The position numbers and the translations under genes are program-made. This document shows, one piece after another, positions 13,678 through 28,555 of a stretch of 64,000 nucleotides of DNA. The stretch's first letter is position 1. Each line of letters opens with the position of its first letter. The notes beneath the pieces were generated by a model, which saw only the letters and a list, made by a program, of their open reading frames with translations, was not told the DNA's origin and made no database searches. Source of the stretch: Ylistrum balloti (Eukaryota); contig NW_026782047.1 of NCBI RefSeq assembly GCF_031769215.1, positions 1,364,001-1,428,000 of the forward strand, given 5' to 3'.

Positions 13678-16039
13678 TCAATCAATGAAAACTCCACAAC
13701 GGATTCTTGGTGTTGACATGTTTTATTACTTCAATAGACAATGCCAATGCCATAAGAGGCAAAAATTGAAAGATAAGAAGTCAAACCCTTTTATTATCAC
13801 AAACTGGCTAGACTGATTATTTTACAGAACAAAAAATGAAGTTAAATTGTACCTAAAGACCATACAATGTTTGCACCAGTCTGAACCTATGCTTGGTAGA
13901 TATACATCTGTACCACCAACAACAAACAACACAGTTATGCATTGCGTTATGGCCAATATCAAGGTAATTAATCTGCTTTGTAATTATCTTATTTATCTAG
14001 AGACAAACATCTGGATAGCAAATGATGTGTATCAAGTCTGATGAGCAAGATATAGAATAAGGTAGATATGCAATATATCTCTAGCTAAATGTTTAAATAT
14101 TTACAGCCAAAGTCGATTGCACATTTGAAGTTTTTCCAGGTTTCATTAACCAGAAATTGTGAATGATATCAAGGAAAACATTAAAATTATTTACATTGTA
14201 AAGATATCGCTAACTAAATCTAATTTCATGTTTTGGATTCCTCAGAGTGTTTTAATCAAGAGGTAAGATAACTGACCTTGAAGACTTTTACTTAAAGGTT
14301 CTTTCGAAACATGTTGGTTGATCTTGTGTACAGGTATCCAGTACCAAATCTACGGTACTGACAAAGTCAGTTTGTAGATTTTTTCATTTAAAATCCTTAT
14401 TATGAAGTTATATAACATCAATATACATACACTTTAATTTGTTTTTATATAGAAACAACTTATCAAATCTCCAAAACATTTTACACAATACATCTGTCAC
14501 TTACAAAACATCAAACCATCCTCTCATTCACAACATCAAAATGAAATTAAACATCTTGGCTATCTCAAGTCACACTAATTTGAACCAGTAAAGGTAGGTA
14601 AAAATTGTAGCCCGCTAGCATAGAGTTGAGCTGAACAATAATTATAAGTTTCTGCTAACTTTATCATTTTATACCTTAAATTGCCTGTCATAAGACAATT
14701 GTATTATATACTAATAACTTTGGATTGAAAAGCTGTTAGGTCACACCCAATGATATGTCTTTACAAAGAAAAAACCAATGAAATCTTCCTAACCCAGTAC
14801 TTAAACAATGTAATACTTTTTATAGCACTGCCTAAAATGAATTGAGTATCAAACGGTCTAATAAAGTACCATAAGACTTTAAAGCTTCAAATCATGATTT
14901 TGGTTATTTCTCAACAGCAGCATGTCAACTTTTTCCTTTTTACTTGCACACATTCTATCATGTCAGTCAAAAAACACTTGTTGGTTTAGAGAGACAAGCT
15001 CACTGACCAGTAAAAAAGAGGTCAATGAATAGGAAGACTACAATAACACAGTACAAAGGTACTGTATCATAGATATCAAAAACATTTTTTTGTACTTTTT
15101 GTTTTTTTTCTGGAACTAAGAAGCAAACGATACTTTTCAACGTGAAGTTATATTGTTGGACATTTCTTCCCAGGCGCTGCATATCATATTGTAACAGGTC
15201 AGCAACAAGTATATGCTCCACAGGAGGCACAAAAATAAGGGTGGAAAAAATCTAGAAATAATATGTAATGCAATGAGAAATGATGTCCCCATTTACCATT
15301 TGAAAAGAAAAAAGGGATCTCTGAATGAAGTGGTTTATTTCTGTGTAACAAGAAACATCTGGTTTTCAACCTGGAATTATATTTAGTTGGAATGATAAGT
15401 CACTACCAAGAAATGTAAGGAGCAATAGCAAAGATAACATGATTCTCAGAAAAGTGTAGAGTGCTAAGTCTTAAAAGTTGGCTAAATACATTAAGTGGCT
15501 TTTACGAAGATAATATGAACTAAAGGTATGGGATGATACACTTTTAAATAAAAAAACCCCACAGGTAAATTAATATTGGCTCTTACAAACAATAGCAACC
15601 AACTTTTATTCACCATTCACAAATCTTAGTTTATAACTGACTGCAACAATCACACAAGAACAGTTGTTGGTAAACCATTATTACAGATATATCAATATCA
15701 ATTGGACAGCTTTCTCCGTTTCTCAGAAACTTCACAATACATCTGACAATCAAACTGGACAAGACTTGCGTCAAAATCCTGACAACCCACCATAGATCAG
15801 ATCTGTAAAAAATAAAGCGGAATTTCAACTCGTAATATTTAATGTCAAACAAAAGTAAACAAAAACGAAAAAAGATATATTAATACTTACATATTTATAA
15901 ACAAAAGAATACATGAAATCTTAACATGAGAATTAGAAAGATTCAAAATTACCTAATTTTTTGTAGGTACTCTTTTGAATGAATTAAGCATAAAGAGTTC
16001 ATATAGGGCTTTAAAGTTGTAATAAAGACATTAACTTAC

Positions 16040-19000
16040 CTTCATCATTTTCATTTTTGGTTGTTTCCTCTTCATTTCTCGTCGACTTTCTCTTTCCTTT
16101 AAATAAAGAACAAGTAATCCATATAAATTAGTAACAAGAAGCCCACGGACCTTAACAGCCATCAGACTACAAAACGTTCAGCAGAGAGAAGGATTATTTT
16201 ATCTACATTGAATGACATCTTACTTACTGTTTTGCATGACGCAGATGGTACTTTTGGTGAACATTAGTTAACTGTAACAAGTGTTATCTATTTTTTGACA
16301 GTTTTCAGATAGCATTCAACCCTATATGAGTAAGTTTCCTTTCTGAAGGCACAGCCCTTGTGTCAAAAGGGGTTAATCATGTCTCCTACATATAAGTAAT
16401 AAGTCTTCCCCAAATGATATTTCAGGAGGAATAACATTTGGACCCCCGACATTCTGTCTGCCTCAATTAATTGTGTTCTCTCACTGATGTTTACAAAAGG
16501 ACCATCTCAGGATCACTTCAGACAAGTTAGAGCTCAATCCTACTTGGTGGCACTTTAGAAGAAGTTTGAAAGGTTTACGCACTTCAAGTCAGATGACCTA
16601 ACAGAAGCCCATGGGCCTTAACCATCATATGACTATAAAGACCTACATGTGAAAGAAGCAAAGTAAGCCTAAAATAATTTGCTCAACTATTTTACAGCTA
16701 AATAGAAGGCATTGATTGTTCATCAAGACATTTTCTGCAAACTTGAAATCATATTCTTTACACAAGCACTTCACAATTTCCATTACTGCGGACATATTGC
16801 TTGTTGAAAAAGCAAGCTGCTGACCTAATATCAAGACCCTTAGCCTTTTGGTTATTGTGAAGTTGCTTAAGCATTTCAACTAATTTGACCCCCGTGACCT
16901 TGAAAGTTGGTCCAATATCAGCACCCACATCCTTTTAGTTATTGAGATGAAGTCATTTAAAGATTCTAAAATATTTGACCTTGACTACCAATCCTGACTA
17001 TGGCGTATAACCCATTAGACCTTGACTACCAATCCTGACTATGGTCTATAACCCATTAGAACTTGATCTACCAACCCTGACTATGGTCTATAACCCATTA
17101 GAACTTGACCTACCAACCCTGACTATGGTCTATAACCCATTAGAACTTGACTACCAACACTAACTATGGTCTATAACTCATTACAACTTGACCTAACAAC
17201 CCTGACCATGGTCTATAACCCATTACAACTTGACCTACCAACCCTGACTATGGTCTATAACCCATTAGAACTTGACCTACCAACCCTGACTATGGTCTAT
17301 AACCCATTAGAACTTGACCTACCAACCCTGACTATGGTCTATAACCCATTACAACTTGACCTACCAACCCTGACTATGGTCTATAACCCATTAGAACTTG
17401 ACTACCAACCCTGATTATAGCTTATAACCCTTTAGAACTTGATCTACCAACCCTGACTATGGTCTATCACCCATTAGAACTTGACTACCAACCCTGACTA
17501 TAGCTTAAAACCCTTTAGAACTTGACCTGCCAACCCTGACTATGGTCTATAACCCATTACAACTTGACCTACCAACCCTGACTATGGTCTATAACCCATT
17601 AGAACTTGACCTACCAACCCTGACTATGGTCTATAACCCATTACAACTTGACCTACCAACCCTTACTATGGCCTATAACCCATTAGAACTTGACTACCAA
17701 CCCTGATTATAGCTTATAACCCTTTAGAACTTGATCTACCAACCCTGACTATGGTCTATCACCCATTAGAACTTGACTACCAACCCTGACTATGGTCTAT
17801 AACCCATTAGAACTTGACTTACCTCCCACTTTCTAGTTTTATCAGGATCTTCCTCATTCATCATGCGTTCTTTCTCCTGGCGTCGTTTCTCTTCACGACG
17901 AAGTTGAGCTGCTTCCTGGAGCTGAGAATGAGCTGCTTTCAGGAATTGTTCTTCTGCTTTCTTCCTGTTCTTTTCAGACTTGTTTCTGGCCTGAAATAAT
18001 ATTTCAACCATTGTACAGGACATCCTTCAATATGGAATTATATAGGAACAAGGCTAGTGTTTTCCAGAAATAGTTTACAGGCCTTGTTTATATACCAACA
18101 ATACTACTATTATCACAGTAACTAAAATTGAATAACATCATTCTTACTGTAATGGAAATTCAGCACAGACAGTCTATATAAACCCACATAAACAAGATAA
18201 TTAATAGAATTACAGTCTCATACTGACATACTGCCTCACCAAGTTTCACTCTTATCCCAAAGTTGAAATTACAGTGACAAGTAGTGTAGAAGATAAACCT
18301 TAGGCAAACCATTTATTTGATGTAGGTTAAAGGTCAACTTGTATGTCAGACTGATCTCTTTTTGATACATTTCTCACCGCCTGTCCAAGGTGAAACCACC
18401 CATCAAGTAAGAAGTGTATGAGATCGAGTCCAGACATGAAAGCAGAAGAAAATGGATGGTTACAATGCAAAACTATAGTCCCCCAATTTCCCCTATCTCC
18501 CTGTGGGGGACATTTAACCAGATCAGAGAAATATGTAATTAAGGACCTGAAAAGGACTGCTCCTTCCTAAAAGTCTCAATTCATGTCAAATGACAATTGA
18601 GTGTATGAAGACAATAAGATAAATGCCTTTAGTAAAATTGTGTTCATTCACAATTATTTTACTACATCCTTTCCTCATATGTTGTCACATTTTATATGTG
18701 TCTTGTCAGATTAACATGAAAGGGATATTTTGCACAAGTTAGGATTTCATACTTTTGAAGAAATCTGTAGAAAATTATCTTCTTATGTTCTTATTGAAAA
18801 TGTACACACTTGTGATTTATCCACTACTCTGCATAAAATCTATGATCCAGTGACTTTCAGGTCCAAATTTTGTGATGCATCATATTTAGAACATTGGGCT
18901 GGGAGTATTTTCACAGATTTCGCCTGTACAAACTAAGTACAGGAGAAATATTTTGATGTTGAAAGTCAGAATAGCCAGAAATTTTGCAACATGGATGGAA

Positions 19001-22000
19001 TATCTCTTTCACATCATTGTTATAAGTACCATACCTCCTTGCCGAGCTGCAGACGACTGACTTTCTCCAGGCAGTAGAAAACTAGCTGTAACAAGGGTTT
19101 CATGTGCTCCATATCAGAAGGCTTGCTCTTACCCTTGCCTGGTACTGTTAAACAACAAAACCATTACCCTAATAATCTGCTTGAGAACTAAATTATGCAC
19201 TACCAAATTAATGAATTATTCAGACAATAAATATTGTTGACCAGTATCATCAATAAAGATACGATGCAAGAAACCAGATTTGCGTCATCTAGAAATGGTC
19301 TAGATCCCAGTTAACCAGTTTATATTCACTGGAGAATAACTGAATTATCTTTTTCTTTCAAGAAATTTTGCTATGAACATTCTTTTTTAGTAGTTCTTCA
19401 ACAAATTCCTAAATGCCATTACAATAAGCACTATATCATGATAATTTATCTACACATTTTGTCAAATTCATTCAATACTTACGTGTTCCAGCAAATATAC
19501 CCACACAAAAATACACCCCTATACCTTCATTCACATATGTATATACTTTTAGCATTGCATGCACCATATGTAGGCAAAGAGAGACAAACTCCTGTCTGTG
19601 AAGGAACATATAGGCAAAGAGAGACAAGTCCCAAATCAAACCTTTACCAATAGTGTCAACTATAATTGACTATATGTATATATAAAATAACTATATAAAA
19701 TAAATAATTATATATAAATATACATAACTATATAATTAACTATAATTGATATCATGGTAATTTTACATAAAATATTGTATCCCAAACAGGTTTCAATTTT
19801 GGGTAGTAACACAACAATGATAAATGGACTGTACTCAAACTTTGTACATGTGTATAGCTACATGAATAGAAATAATGGAATAGGTGTGTTGAGTGTGATG
19901 AGGAAACACATGTGTTAGATATACTTACCATTAAAGCAAAATATCATTACAGGTTTAACTTCAGGCATTTTTGTGGTTTGGGATTCACTGTGAATATCAA
20001 AACATGGAGTTAAAAAAATGTTTTGCAAGTTTACAAGGATAGTGTTAGTGGACTATGATGTATCCTATATAGAGATCAATCTCAGGAGTGATGTCTCTTA
20101 TCTTGGATAGGGAAGCTTATTTATAGATCTCTGAATATCCTGTGGGCCAATAAAGCATTGAATGTTTCCTACTCTACACTTCGTCAGAAAAAATATAAAC
20201 TCATTTTTCATAACCATCCACTTTTCACAAAGTTGAGAGAAGTTTAATTATCTAGATCTTGACTTCTCTAAAAAAATACTGGGTCATTTGCCTGAACACA
20301 TAGGTTCCTTTCCGGTTTTATGTTTTTTCACTCATCAAAATTCCCTTTGTGCTCCAATCCAACCATACAGGAGTGAAAATTTTACAGAAAAAATATTTAG
20401 CTACACTCATTGTTATTTAGTTTATAACAGTTGAAAAGGAATAACCATTAAGTTTTTTATTTCAGTGTTAATGCAGTCAATGCAGCGGTGAGTCAAAACA
20501 TCAATTTAGTCAAGCCCTTTAAATATACATGGTCACTTACTCTTGTGATTTAGCCCCACAGAACTGGTCAGAGAAATGCATAAACTCTATAAGACCCTCA
20601 AACTTGGTCAGCACCTGGCAAACCTATAAAAATACACAAAAACATGTCAAAGAGATTATAAGTTATGAACAAGTGTTACAAAATAGGGACAACATTTGTC
20701 TCTGATATATAAATACACTTGAAATTTACTTTTTAAATCAGAATATGTATATATCCTTTTAAATAAGAGCAAATGCCATTTTAATAAAGTACAAAGCCCA
20801 TCTGTAGAAGGTATCAATAAATATCTAATTCTGTTGTTCTGGTTGCATTGTTCCAAGGTTGGAAATGTCTATATGGGCATCCTAGAATAAATACTAAATG
20901 ATGTAGATCTTAACTCCAATAGTGAAGACAACATGTTATGAATAAATGGAGCAATTCAATTAATTCTACGATGTTTTTATAACAACATAGCATAAGCAAA
21001 GCGTCACTGGAGTTAAAGTGCCGACAAAGAAACTCACTCCTTTAAATTCCATCTGGATCAATACTTTAATTCCATATGTGGGTAGTTACTGATCAAAATC
21101 ACTATGACAGCTCTGTCTTATGTCACTACAATCATATCTCTTTCTCTTTGTAAATCAGCAGTTCTATTCTATATCTCATTAAAATATGAAGATACTTCCC
21201 TCTAAAATTACTTACCTCATTATCTACCTACATGTAGTTATCTTGGTGGTTGGGGAAGGGGTAGTGAATAGCACGACAACACTTCCCTCTAAGAATACTT
21301 ACCTTTTTATCTAAAAGAGCACTAGAAGCCTCTCCCACCTCACTCAGTAGCTGGTAAGAGTTTGGCAAATCAGTATATCTATCTAAATTCTTCTTTTCTG
21401 TAAACTGACTCTGTGAAATACAAATTGGAACTTCTTTAATGTCACTTAGAAAGAAATATGTGAATGACATCAAAATGTATGTTAAATTTCAGATTTGTGA
21501 TGAACTTAGCATCATATAAAATGCTTTTAGCTTTGCTGATTGGCAATGTCGTTTTTCTGAATTAATAATTTATCTTTCCATGCCAGACAAAAGTGAAAAT
21601 AAACTCACTGCAGTCCTACTTACCAAATCTATCATCTCTTTGTGTAACTTAGCACAACTCCTCTTTGTAGCAATGGCAAATACAAACTTGTCCATTACAT
21701 TCTTGTCAAGATCAATTGTCACCAGCTGTCAATGCAAAATATTGAAATTCTGAGTAGGGGTTTCATTAGTGATGTATTGTCTACCATAACAACAGTGAAA
21801 CTGATGAATGCTCCCGAAAACAACTCTATTGGACACAAAATTTTAACAATGGGCAATATTTCTGTAATGAAGAGGGATTACAGACAATAAAGTTAGCACA
21901 CTGTACATTCTCTCAGTACAAAACAATGTATATGCAAAGTTTCAATGTCTAAGTTTAAATGAAAGAAAATTATAATAATTTTAGCAAAGGAAACCAAATC

Positions 22001-24798
22001 TGTAATTTATGGGTTGCATGCCCTGAATTTGCTTCACAATGTATACACTATTTTTCATTATCCTAGGTTTAATGCAAGCGAAGTTAAGCTCATGACATAA
22101 AATTTCAACAAAGGGCAATAACTCCGTAACTGAAGGGATGCAGGCCCTGCCTTTGGTACACTGCATTTTGCTTTTATAAGACCAATATAATCAGCATATT
22201 TCATTATTTAAGTTAACATGCAGGCCAAGTTGTGCTCTTGACAAAAATTTCAACAAAGAGCAATAACTTTGTAATTAAGAGATTGTGGGCCCTGAATTTG
22301 GTACACTGTGTATCTTCTTATCATGATCAATGTATACATCAAGTTTTTTATCTTAGTTAATGTGCATGGAAAGTTATGATCCGAGAGCAAAATTTTAGCA
22401 AAGGGCTATAAACCTGTAAATTAATGGCCTGAAAATTTTCAGGAAGTATAAAAATAATAATAATGTAACTTTGAATAAAACATATCTTCATTCAAAGTCT
22501 AGAAACTTCATGTTTAGAGATAAAAGTGCAATTTCTCAGAATTATTCCCAAATTAATGAAAACAGTAAGTAAATGTTTTGTGTTGTCTTTAAAGTTACTT
22601 GTGAAAACTGCAATTAAATACTGTTTGATGTTTGCAATACATACTATTTGATCGGAGGCAGGTTTGAACATGTTGGCCATTGTGCTGATGAGATCTTGTC
22701 TCTTCAACAGCCGAAGCTCTACCAACATCCCCTCCAGAGCACTCCGTCCACTACACCACAGTGCATATACATTCTCTGACTCCTTCATCAAGGTACCAGC
22801 CTGTGCCTCCTTAGTGGATCCATCATCACCTAGAAATATAGTTACAGGGTAATATGAACATAGCATAAAATCTTAACTGCTAAATGAAACTGTTTTTTGT
22901 TTGTATCTCACTGCCTTGATTTTATCTAAATATGGTTTGCCATTTGACACAAGACTGAATAATATTATACTTAGATATGGCTGTGACTACTTTGTATCTG
23001 TAACCTTATATGTAATACAGTGTTCTGTAAATACTTACCAAACTACTGTTGAGATTTAATATCATACAAATCTACACTGAATTCTGCTACTGGTATCAGT
23101 GACCTGGAGTACTTCAGAAGTAACAAAAAGGCAGCATCATATATAATTATTATGCGACAAACTCACCTACAATGTGGAAGTTACTCTCCAGTAGGTCACG
23201 GTTCGACTGAAGCCATGCCTGTGCTAATTTGTGGTTCTTGTTTTTACCATGGATGAAGTTAAGAAAATAGACAGCAAGACCTGCTAGCATAAGGATCTCC
23301 ATGTAGAAGCTGTCCCAGTTTGTACGTAAATGGCCTGGCACCTGTCAAAGGCATTGTGACAGTAATAGCAGTATAATTATACATCTAGAATCAGCTATTT
23401 TCACCTTAACTTTGTTTGAACGAATGAATTTCAGTCAGCAGGGCTCAAAAAAAAAAAAACTTTAAAAAATACTCATTCATCAGTATAAACAGGATATCAA
23501 TTGGTAGACAGTTTTATTCGAAAAGTATGAAGGATAACAGGGAAAAAATTTACTTGTCTGACGGAGCTAGTTGACAATAAAAATCACACATCTGTCGACA
23601 AAATCCACTCAACAGGATGAGCAGACAAATGCTTTTACTCAGCCCTGGTCAGAATTTGTCAAAGTGTGCTAACTTAAAAATTACTAGATTTCTCCATACA
23701 ACATTCAACCTACATACCTTAGCCATTTTCAAATCAGGAAGTTTGTCTTTAGACTTTCCTGAGCTGGCACCTTGACTTTTATCAAATCCGATAAACTCAT
23801 CTGTATCTGTGAAGTGATCAAACTCATCGTCGTCATCGTCAGTCTAAAAATAAAACAAAAATATTTAACATTGCGCAGCAACATTGATTGTTAATTTGTT
23901 TCACCGGTGAGACTTTAGAGGCACTTCAAAAGGAATAAATCACTGTAATGGGTTATTGAGGCAGTTCAAAGGTACAAACTATTTTAGATGGTACATAAAC
24001 CAACCAGATTGTAATTCAGTATTAACACCTGATTATGAATCAACAGTACTACTTAATTCTAACCTTTTTGTTTTACAAGTTGTTTTCTGCTTTAGTATTA
24101 TAGTAAATTAGAAATACCTCTATCGTAGAATCATCTTCATCCTCTCCCTCACCATCCCCTTCCTTCTGGTTTGAAACTTCTACCTCATCTGGAAACTCTG
24201 CTCTGTCCTCATCCTCCAACACATCAACTAAAGAGAAAGGAAGAAATCAAAATAAGGCAAGTACATCTATCAGCTGATAATTCTTTTGGGAAATCAAAAT
24301 AAGGAATATCTTACATTAATTTGTTTTATTCCAAATACTTATTTACTGAAAAAAAACACCAAGCCAAAAGCATGTGTATCACTTTTTGTAAAACTTAATG
24401 ATCATCTCTTTATAAAGTTATCAAACAAACACACCAATTTCAATTTTAATACATGTATATCTTTTATATATACCATGTAACCAGTGATAAGGTACACAGA
24501 CTTAAGTAGCATGACCATAATATAATCTATGTACTTCAACCCAGCTTTTACCTAGTTATAACAGATCAGATTATGTCTTTTCATGATAAGATACATTTTT
24601 TGCTGTATGTAAATTTCAGGAAAAATACTGTGGTTATCTGTTCTATTATAATCGTATCAACATACCATCATCAAATTCTTCAAATTCTGCAAAGTCATTG
24701 TCTTCAATATCAGCATCATATGGGTTTCCTGCTTTCACTGAGATTATTCCAGTGACAAGGATAACAGCGAATACCAGCCAGCATGTGAAGGTCTTCAT
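16040..24798 (-). CDS. CCDC47: CCDC47 / PAT complex subunit (ER Ca-binding membrane-protein chaperone); 12 coding exons resolved (472 codons), final short exon unresolved
   Basis: Exons: 24798-24666, 24227-24118, 23843-23718, 23341-23167, 22829-22645, 21725-21624, 21410-21303, 20623-20541, 19987-19929, 19144-19035, 17990-17823, 16096-16040. All GT-AG and in phase. Signal peptide, acidic [12 protein letters not shown] region, TM segment [58 protein letters not shown] and the coiled-coil end [25 protein letters not shown] match CCDC47. Confidence 0.95.
16133..16990. repeat. Degenerate interspersed repeat(s), probably a non-autonomous DNA-element family
   Basis: Two related heads, aacaagaagcccacggaccttaacagccatcagactac (16133) and aacagaagcccatgggccttaaccatcatatgactata (~16600), plus ttgacccc/gtgaccttga motifs. 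These resemble common mollusc repeats as I recall them; the family assignment is inference. Confidence 0.45.
16997..17820. repeat. 42-bp (some 41-bp) minisatellite, ~20 copies, abutting a CCDC47 splice donor
   Basis: Unit ctatggtctataacccattagaacttgacctaccaaccctga; the last copy merges into acttac|ctc, the donor of exon 17990-17823. Confidence 0.95.
18230..18510. repeat. Probable decayed non-autonomous element ending in a GC hairpin (HINE/Helitron-like end)
   Basis: Terminates in aaaactatagtccccca...tggggga, an imperfect palindrome of the kind that ends many bivalve non-autonomous elements (recalled, not searched). Confidence 0.35.
21830..22440. repeat. Degenerate ~145-bp tandem units with aagggcaataactc box
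   Basis: aaatttcaacaaagggcaataactcc-like motif at 22111, 22256 and 22401 (145-bp period), with a weaker copy near 21849. Confidence 0.65.
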
Positions 24799-26669
24799 AC
24801 TTCTAATCTGAGCAAAAACAATACATCTTATCATAGATATTTATAATCAATGATTATTTGTAGTGCACATTCATTAAAATATTCTGTATGAAGTTGTAAA
24901 GCAGAATACACAAAATTTGGCCAATAGATGAGAAAACAATGCATTGCCAAAAATCAATTAAACAGAATTTCTTCAAGTTATCCAGTTTCAATATGTGTAA
25001 GTTCTGATTGTTTGGTGTGAATTTTGGTAGGAGCCAATGAAATACATGTAATTCAAATTAAACATGGTTTTCAGGTCATAAGTAATGGCATGTCCTCAAT
25101 CATATGATAAAAAACATGCTGTTGACTAGTTTTCTTAAAAATTAATAAAACAACATAAGATAGTACCACTAATTATGATTTAATCCTTGTGTTAGAAAAA
25201 CCCAGGTGATTTCAAAAAAAGTCTGTGCAATTGTGACTGAATGAAATACCTCAGTGATTCAATATACTGTAACATTGCCTAAATATCTGATGCAGTTCTT
25301 TGATAATTTCTCGCTTTTGGATTATTTGGCAGAGCATTATAACATAGGAGAAACCTATAGTCGTTTATAACCCACATGGGATACTGTACATGTCTCATGT
25401 CTAAAATGATGGAGAATACTTTATTTATTTTTAAAGCATGTGAAGGCTTGTAAACCAATGTATCAAAATGACGATTTTTAACCTCGTTTGCACAAGATGA
25501 CACACGTTCCCTCTGATCCAAGGGTCGATGTTCCCAACCTTGCAAAACCTAGTACTAATATATGGATATCCTCCTCCTCTAAACAACGTACTTTAACAAA
25601 ATCGTATCGTATGTAAGGTGGTCGGCTAAATTATTGCGGCTTATGGGCCAAACTATAATACAGCAAGACAGTCGTTAAACAATAGCAATCGCATTTGGCT
25701 GTGATGCGGCTGCCAATTGTAATCGGCTGAGCATCTCATATCCTCCTCTACGTCAGTAATACTGAGTAATAGTAATTACGCTAGATTTTCAGTTTTTTCC
25801 AATTCATACACAACGTGCGATTGTCTTTAGGAATAAGCAAAGTTTAATTGTGTGTACTTATTAGTTATTTTCCTAAAAAAACCTAAAACCGTCAAAAGTG
25901 GTGACCATTCACAAGTCTGACGCCGGTCCACCAGTGAAGTAAAATCGATCAAAATTTTGATAAATTTTCAATCGATGAATGTGGTTATTGAACCAAGTAG
26001 GTAATAATGGGCTTGTGATGACGACATTGAGTCAATGCATTATAAAATGTAGATTGATTGCCTATTTTTTGCGCGAATGTGAACATGTGAACCTCACCGA
26101 CGTTGAAGGAAGCTTGCCTCGTTCTGATTCTGACAGGAGAGTTCCAGTCGGACGTGCTGAAATGATTACCTCCCCTAGGCCTGGTGATGGCCATGGTACA
26201 GTGTAGTGCTTATGACGACTGTATAATTCATGGATTCAGCATCATATTTTTATGTGATAGAATTAATATTAATGTTAGAAATATTAACTTTCATATCGTT
26301 TTTGTAATAGGATTAGTCATATTTGAATTTTTTCCGCAGTACTCAAATATCGTGATTTTTTAAGTTAGTAAAAAAATAAAAGACAGTTCTGATCAATATT
26401 TATCAATACTATAGTTATCAATATAAATGAAAATAATTCAGTGTTTGAAATGAAATTAGGCTCCGTGGTAAAACATCTGCTGTGAACTTGAATGCACGGG
26501 CTGGGATATAGATATATATCAAACCCCCTATTAAAGGTCTCGGTTAACAAATATTACGGATCAACATGCTTGATATAGTATTCTAGGCATAGCTTGAATT
26601 AAAATTATTCACCTGGAAGAAATTAAGATTTTCATTCTGAAAACACCGAAAAACCACGGACTTTAATCT

Positions 26670-27440
26670 ACGAGGACTGATTGTTAAGTTGTAAGCTTTG
26701 TATTGAAGAAGTGAAGCAGGGATGTCCTTTTTTCAGCTTTACTATTCCCTGACTACTTAAGACGTTGTTGAAGAGGTAATACTATAAAGTTAACAAGGCA
26801 AGTGACTTTTTTGCAAAATGGACAAAATCGCTGAAAAACAGAGATTCAATATTTGCATAAGAAAGCTCTAGCCCCTTAGGAAAACCATACTGATAGAGCA
26901 ACAACACTAGGGATTGACGCTCTTCATATGCTTCAGTGAAAAGGTGCGTGGCAGACAGAGCCTTGGGGATGACGCCCGCCCTGGAAAACATGTCACTGTG
27001 TTATGGTTGACCGAGGAGTTACATATGTATATATATATAGCCAGTACAGGTGTGATTTAAGGAAAGATCTTGCTATCAGATAGCTTTCAAGCCCGTTGGG
27101 TACCAATATATCTGACAGTTGATCAGAATCACACCAGGCAGGCTTTGTTGCGTGCTAATCTGAACCTTTTAGAGACAGATACTGTTTACTTTCTGCACAG
27201 GTTCGTGACTATGGATGAAACGTTGGTTCATCATTTCACCCCAGAGACCAAAGAACAATGGGAGCACCTTGAATCAGTCCTAACCAAAGAAGGGATGCTG
27301 ATGGTATTCTGATGGTAGATTATCTGCAAAAGGGACACACAATGGATGGTACATATTATGCATTACTTCTTAGGCAGTTAAGAGAAAATATTAAACTCAA
27401 GCGCCGCGTAAAACTCAGTAAATGTGTGCTATTCCACCGA
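26670..27440 (+). mobile_element. Decayed mariner (Tc1/mariner DD34D-type) transposon, 3'-truncated
   Basis: Starts TA|cgaggactgattgttaagttgtaagctttgtattgaagaag, nearly identical to the terminal repeat of the copy at 50758-51495. Broken transposase fragments: GRQSLGDDARPG-like, ARWVP, RFVTMDETLVHHFTPETKEQW, DYLQKGHTMDGTYY. Multiple stops and frameshifts; no right TIR seen. Confidence 0.88.
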
Positions 27441-28411
27441 GTAAAACATTTACCTTCCTTAGTTATATAAAAAAATATTTCAAAATACATCTAGCGATAA
27501 GATTGAGTTTGATAAATCACAGATATGAACCAGGACATGTCAATATTTAAGTCCGCAATGTGATTGTATTGTCCTTGTTGTATGGAAAAGACTTAAAAAT
27601 AAGTGATATCGATTTAGAAAAATCATGATAACGGGTACGTCACGATAATGGGTCTCCAACCAGTAGTTGATGTTTAGGTAATTAAAAATTAATGCATGAA
27701 ATAATAAATGAGAATAATATCAAATAGTCCGCCATGTTGCTTTTGTATCCACCATTGGAGCAAAGGAAGACTGGAACTGTCAATTTCCATGTCATGAAAG
27801 CAGGACTTAGATCCAAATCTGAGCTGATAGTACATGTAAGTGCGAGACCTCTCAAACTACACTCTCTTTGTAGTCTTTTGTATCTAATCTATTGAAAGAT
27901 ACAAAGAAAGTAAAAATTATCTTTGTGCATCAACCTCTTCGTGAAAATGGTGATATTGGGAAACCTAAAATAGTACGTTTGGATCAGCTACACAAATTGC
28001 CTATGACTAGGACAAAGAGAGGGATAATAAGCTCCATGTAATGCTATTTTTTAAGAAACGTGTACCTGCTAAAATTTGAATCTATGACAAGCCATGATTT
28101 GTTCATTGAACCGAAAATATTGAACCAATGCATGACAAAATTGAATTAGATAAAGACATCTAATTTTGTTACATGTTACCTTTTTGTCATGATATATCTT
28201 ATATTTTTATGAAACATATTCATGATATTTAGTATTAGATATCTAAGATCGATTTATGAAGGAAGTTTCTTTTGGACAAGTTTTAATTTACATATGGTTA
28301 TTAGATCATGTGATGTTCCTAACATGGTGAACGCCATTAAAACACAAGAAATTAGCATCTTTCAATAAAAACTGAGAATAGATACAGTAGAGCCAAGCAC
28401 TGAAGAAAACT

Positions 28412-28455
28412 GCTTCATACAACTGTTTCATCCTTCTAGCTCTCGTCAGTGATGG
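28412..28455 (-). ncRNA. Degenerate hammerhead motif (same repeat family)
   Basis: CCATCA CTGACGA GAGC TAGAA GGAT GAAA CAGTTG TA TGAAGC; core boxes kept, stems eroded; flanks homologous to the 62717-62885 copy. Confidence 0.62.
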
Positions 28456-28555
28456 TAAAGATTTTAAAACCTAAGGATCCTCACGTTATCTAGATGGGGA
28501 GGTGCACTTGCCCCATATAGCAATAGATTTCGTAATTTTTCTTTATTGGATCACT

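Noticed and set aside
17166-17414. ORF of [14 protein letters not shown] repeats
   Set aside because: Translation of the 42-bp intronic array, antisense to CCDC47; broken wherever a 41-bp unit occurs.
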